A DNA stretch of 64,000 nucleotides. Origin: Candidatus Ozemobacteraceae bacterium. GTDB lineage: Bacteria; Muiribacteriota; Ozemobacteria; Ozemobacterales; Ozemobacteraceae. Made by a program: the position numbers and the translations under genes. Of this stretch, positions 63,978-64,000 are shown in pieces. Numbering within the stretch: position 1 is the first letter of the stretch; every line of letters begins with the position of its first letter. The notes beneath the pieces were generated by a model. That model saw nothing but the letters and a program-made list of their open reading frames with translations. It was not told the DNA's origin and searched no databases. The stretch is from assembly GCA_965140445.1 (NCBI GenBank), contig OZ223236.1, positions 4,640,001 through 4,704,000 on the forward strand, in the 5' to 3' direction.

Positions 63978-64000
63978 TCGGAAAAAATAATGAGTTCAAA

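Overview
AT-rich bacterial chromosomal segment from a diderm organism (gmhB, GT9 heptosyltransferase-like, AsmA). The gene content loosely recalls Ca. Riflebacteria-type genomes, but that is an impression only. Housekeeping content: two tRNA clusters (Val-Asp-Phe-Cys-Asp on the minus strand, Leu-Gly on the plus strand, none with encoded CCA), prmA, cinA-thpR, tig-clpP-clpX, MTAP, a PfkB kinase, a Nudix hydrolase, hfq and an M28 peptidase. No CRISPR array, integrase, transposase or rRNA was found. The strongest unannotated signals are as follows. (1) A candidate ~85-nt sigma54-dependent sRNA directly behind hfq, with tandem enhancer-like sites, a -24/-12 promoter, an anti-Shine-Dalgarno loop and an intrinsic terminator. 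(2) An operon joining a 5'-nucleotidase and a HAMP/class III cyclase/HEAT membrane protein, both missing their catalytic residues, with an intact GAF-HD-GYP phosphodiesterase; a second HD-GYP plus BMP pair echoes it. (3) Three secreted glycine-zipper proteins sharing a Tyr-periodic C-terminal motif, one behind a switch-like structured leader and one behind a palindromic operator. (4) An FtsZl1-type tubulin-like GTPase followed by a vWA protein and a TPR protein with two Cys3His modules. (5) A sigma54-driven secreted protein with a basic N-terminus and 12 acidic 42-bp repeats. All calls come from reading motifs by eye; no database searches were run.
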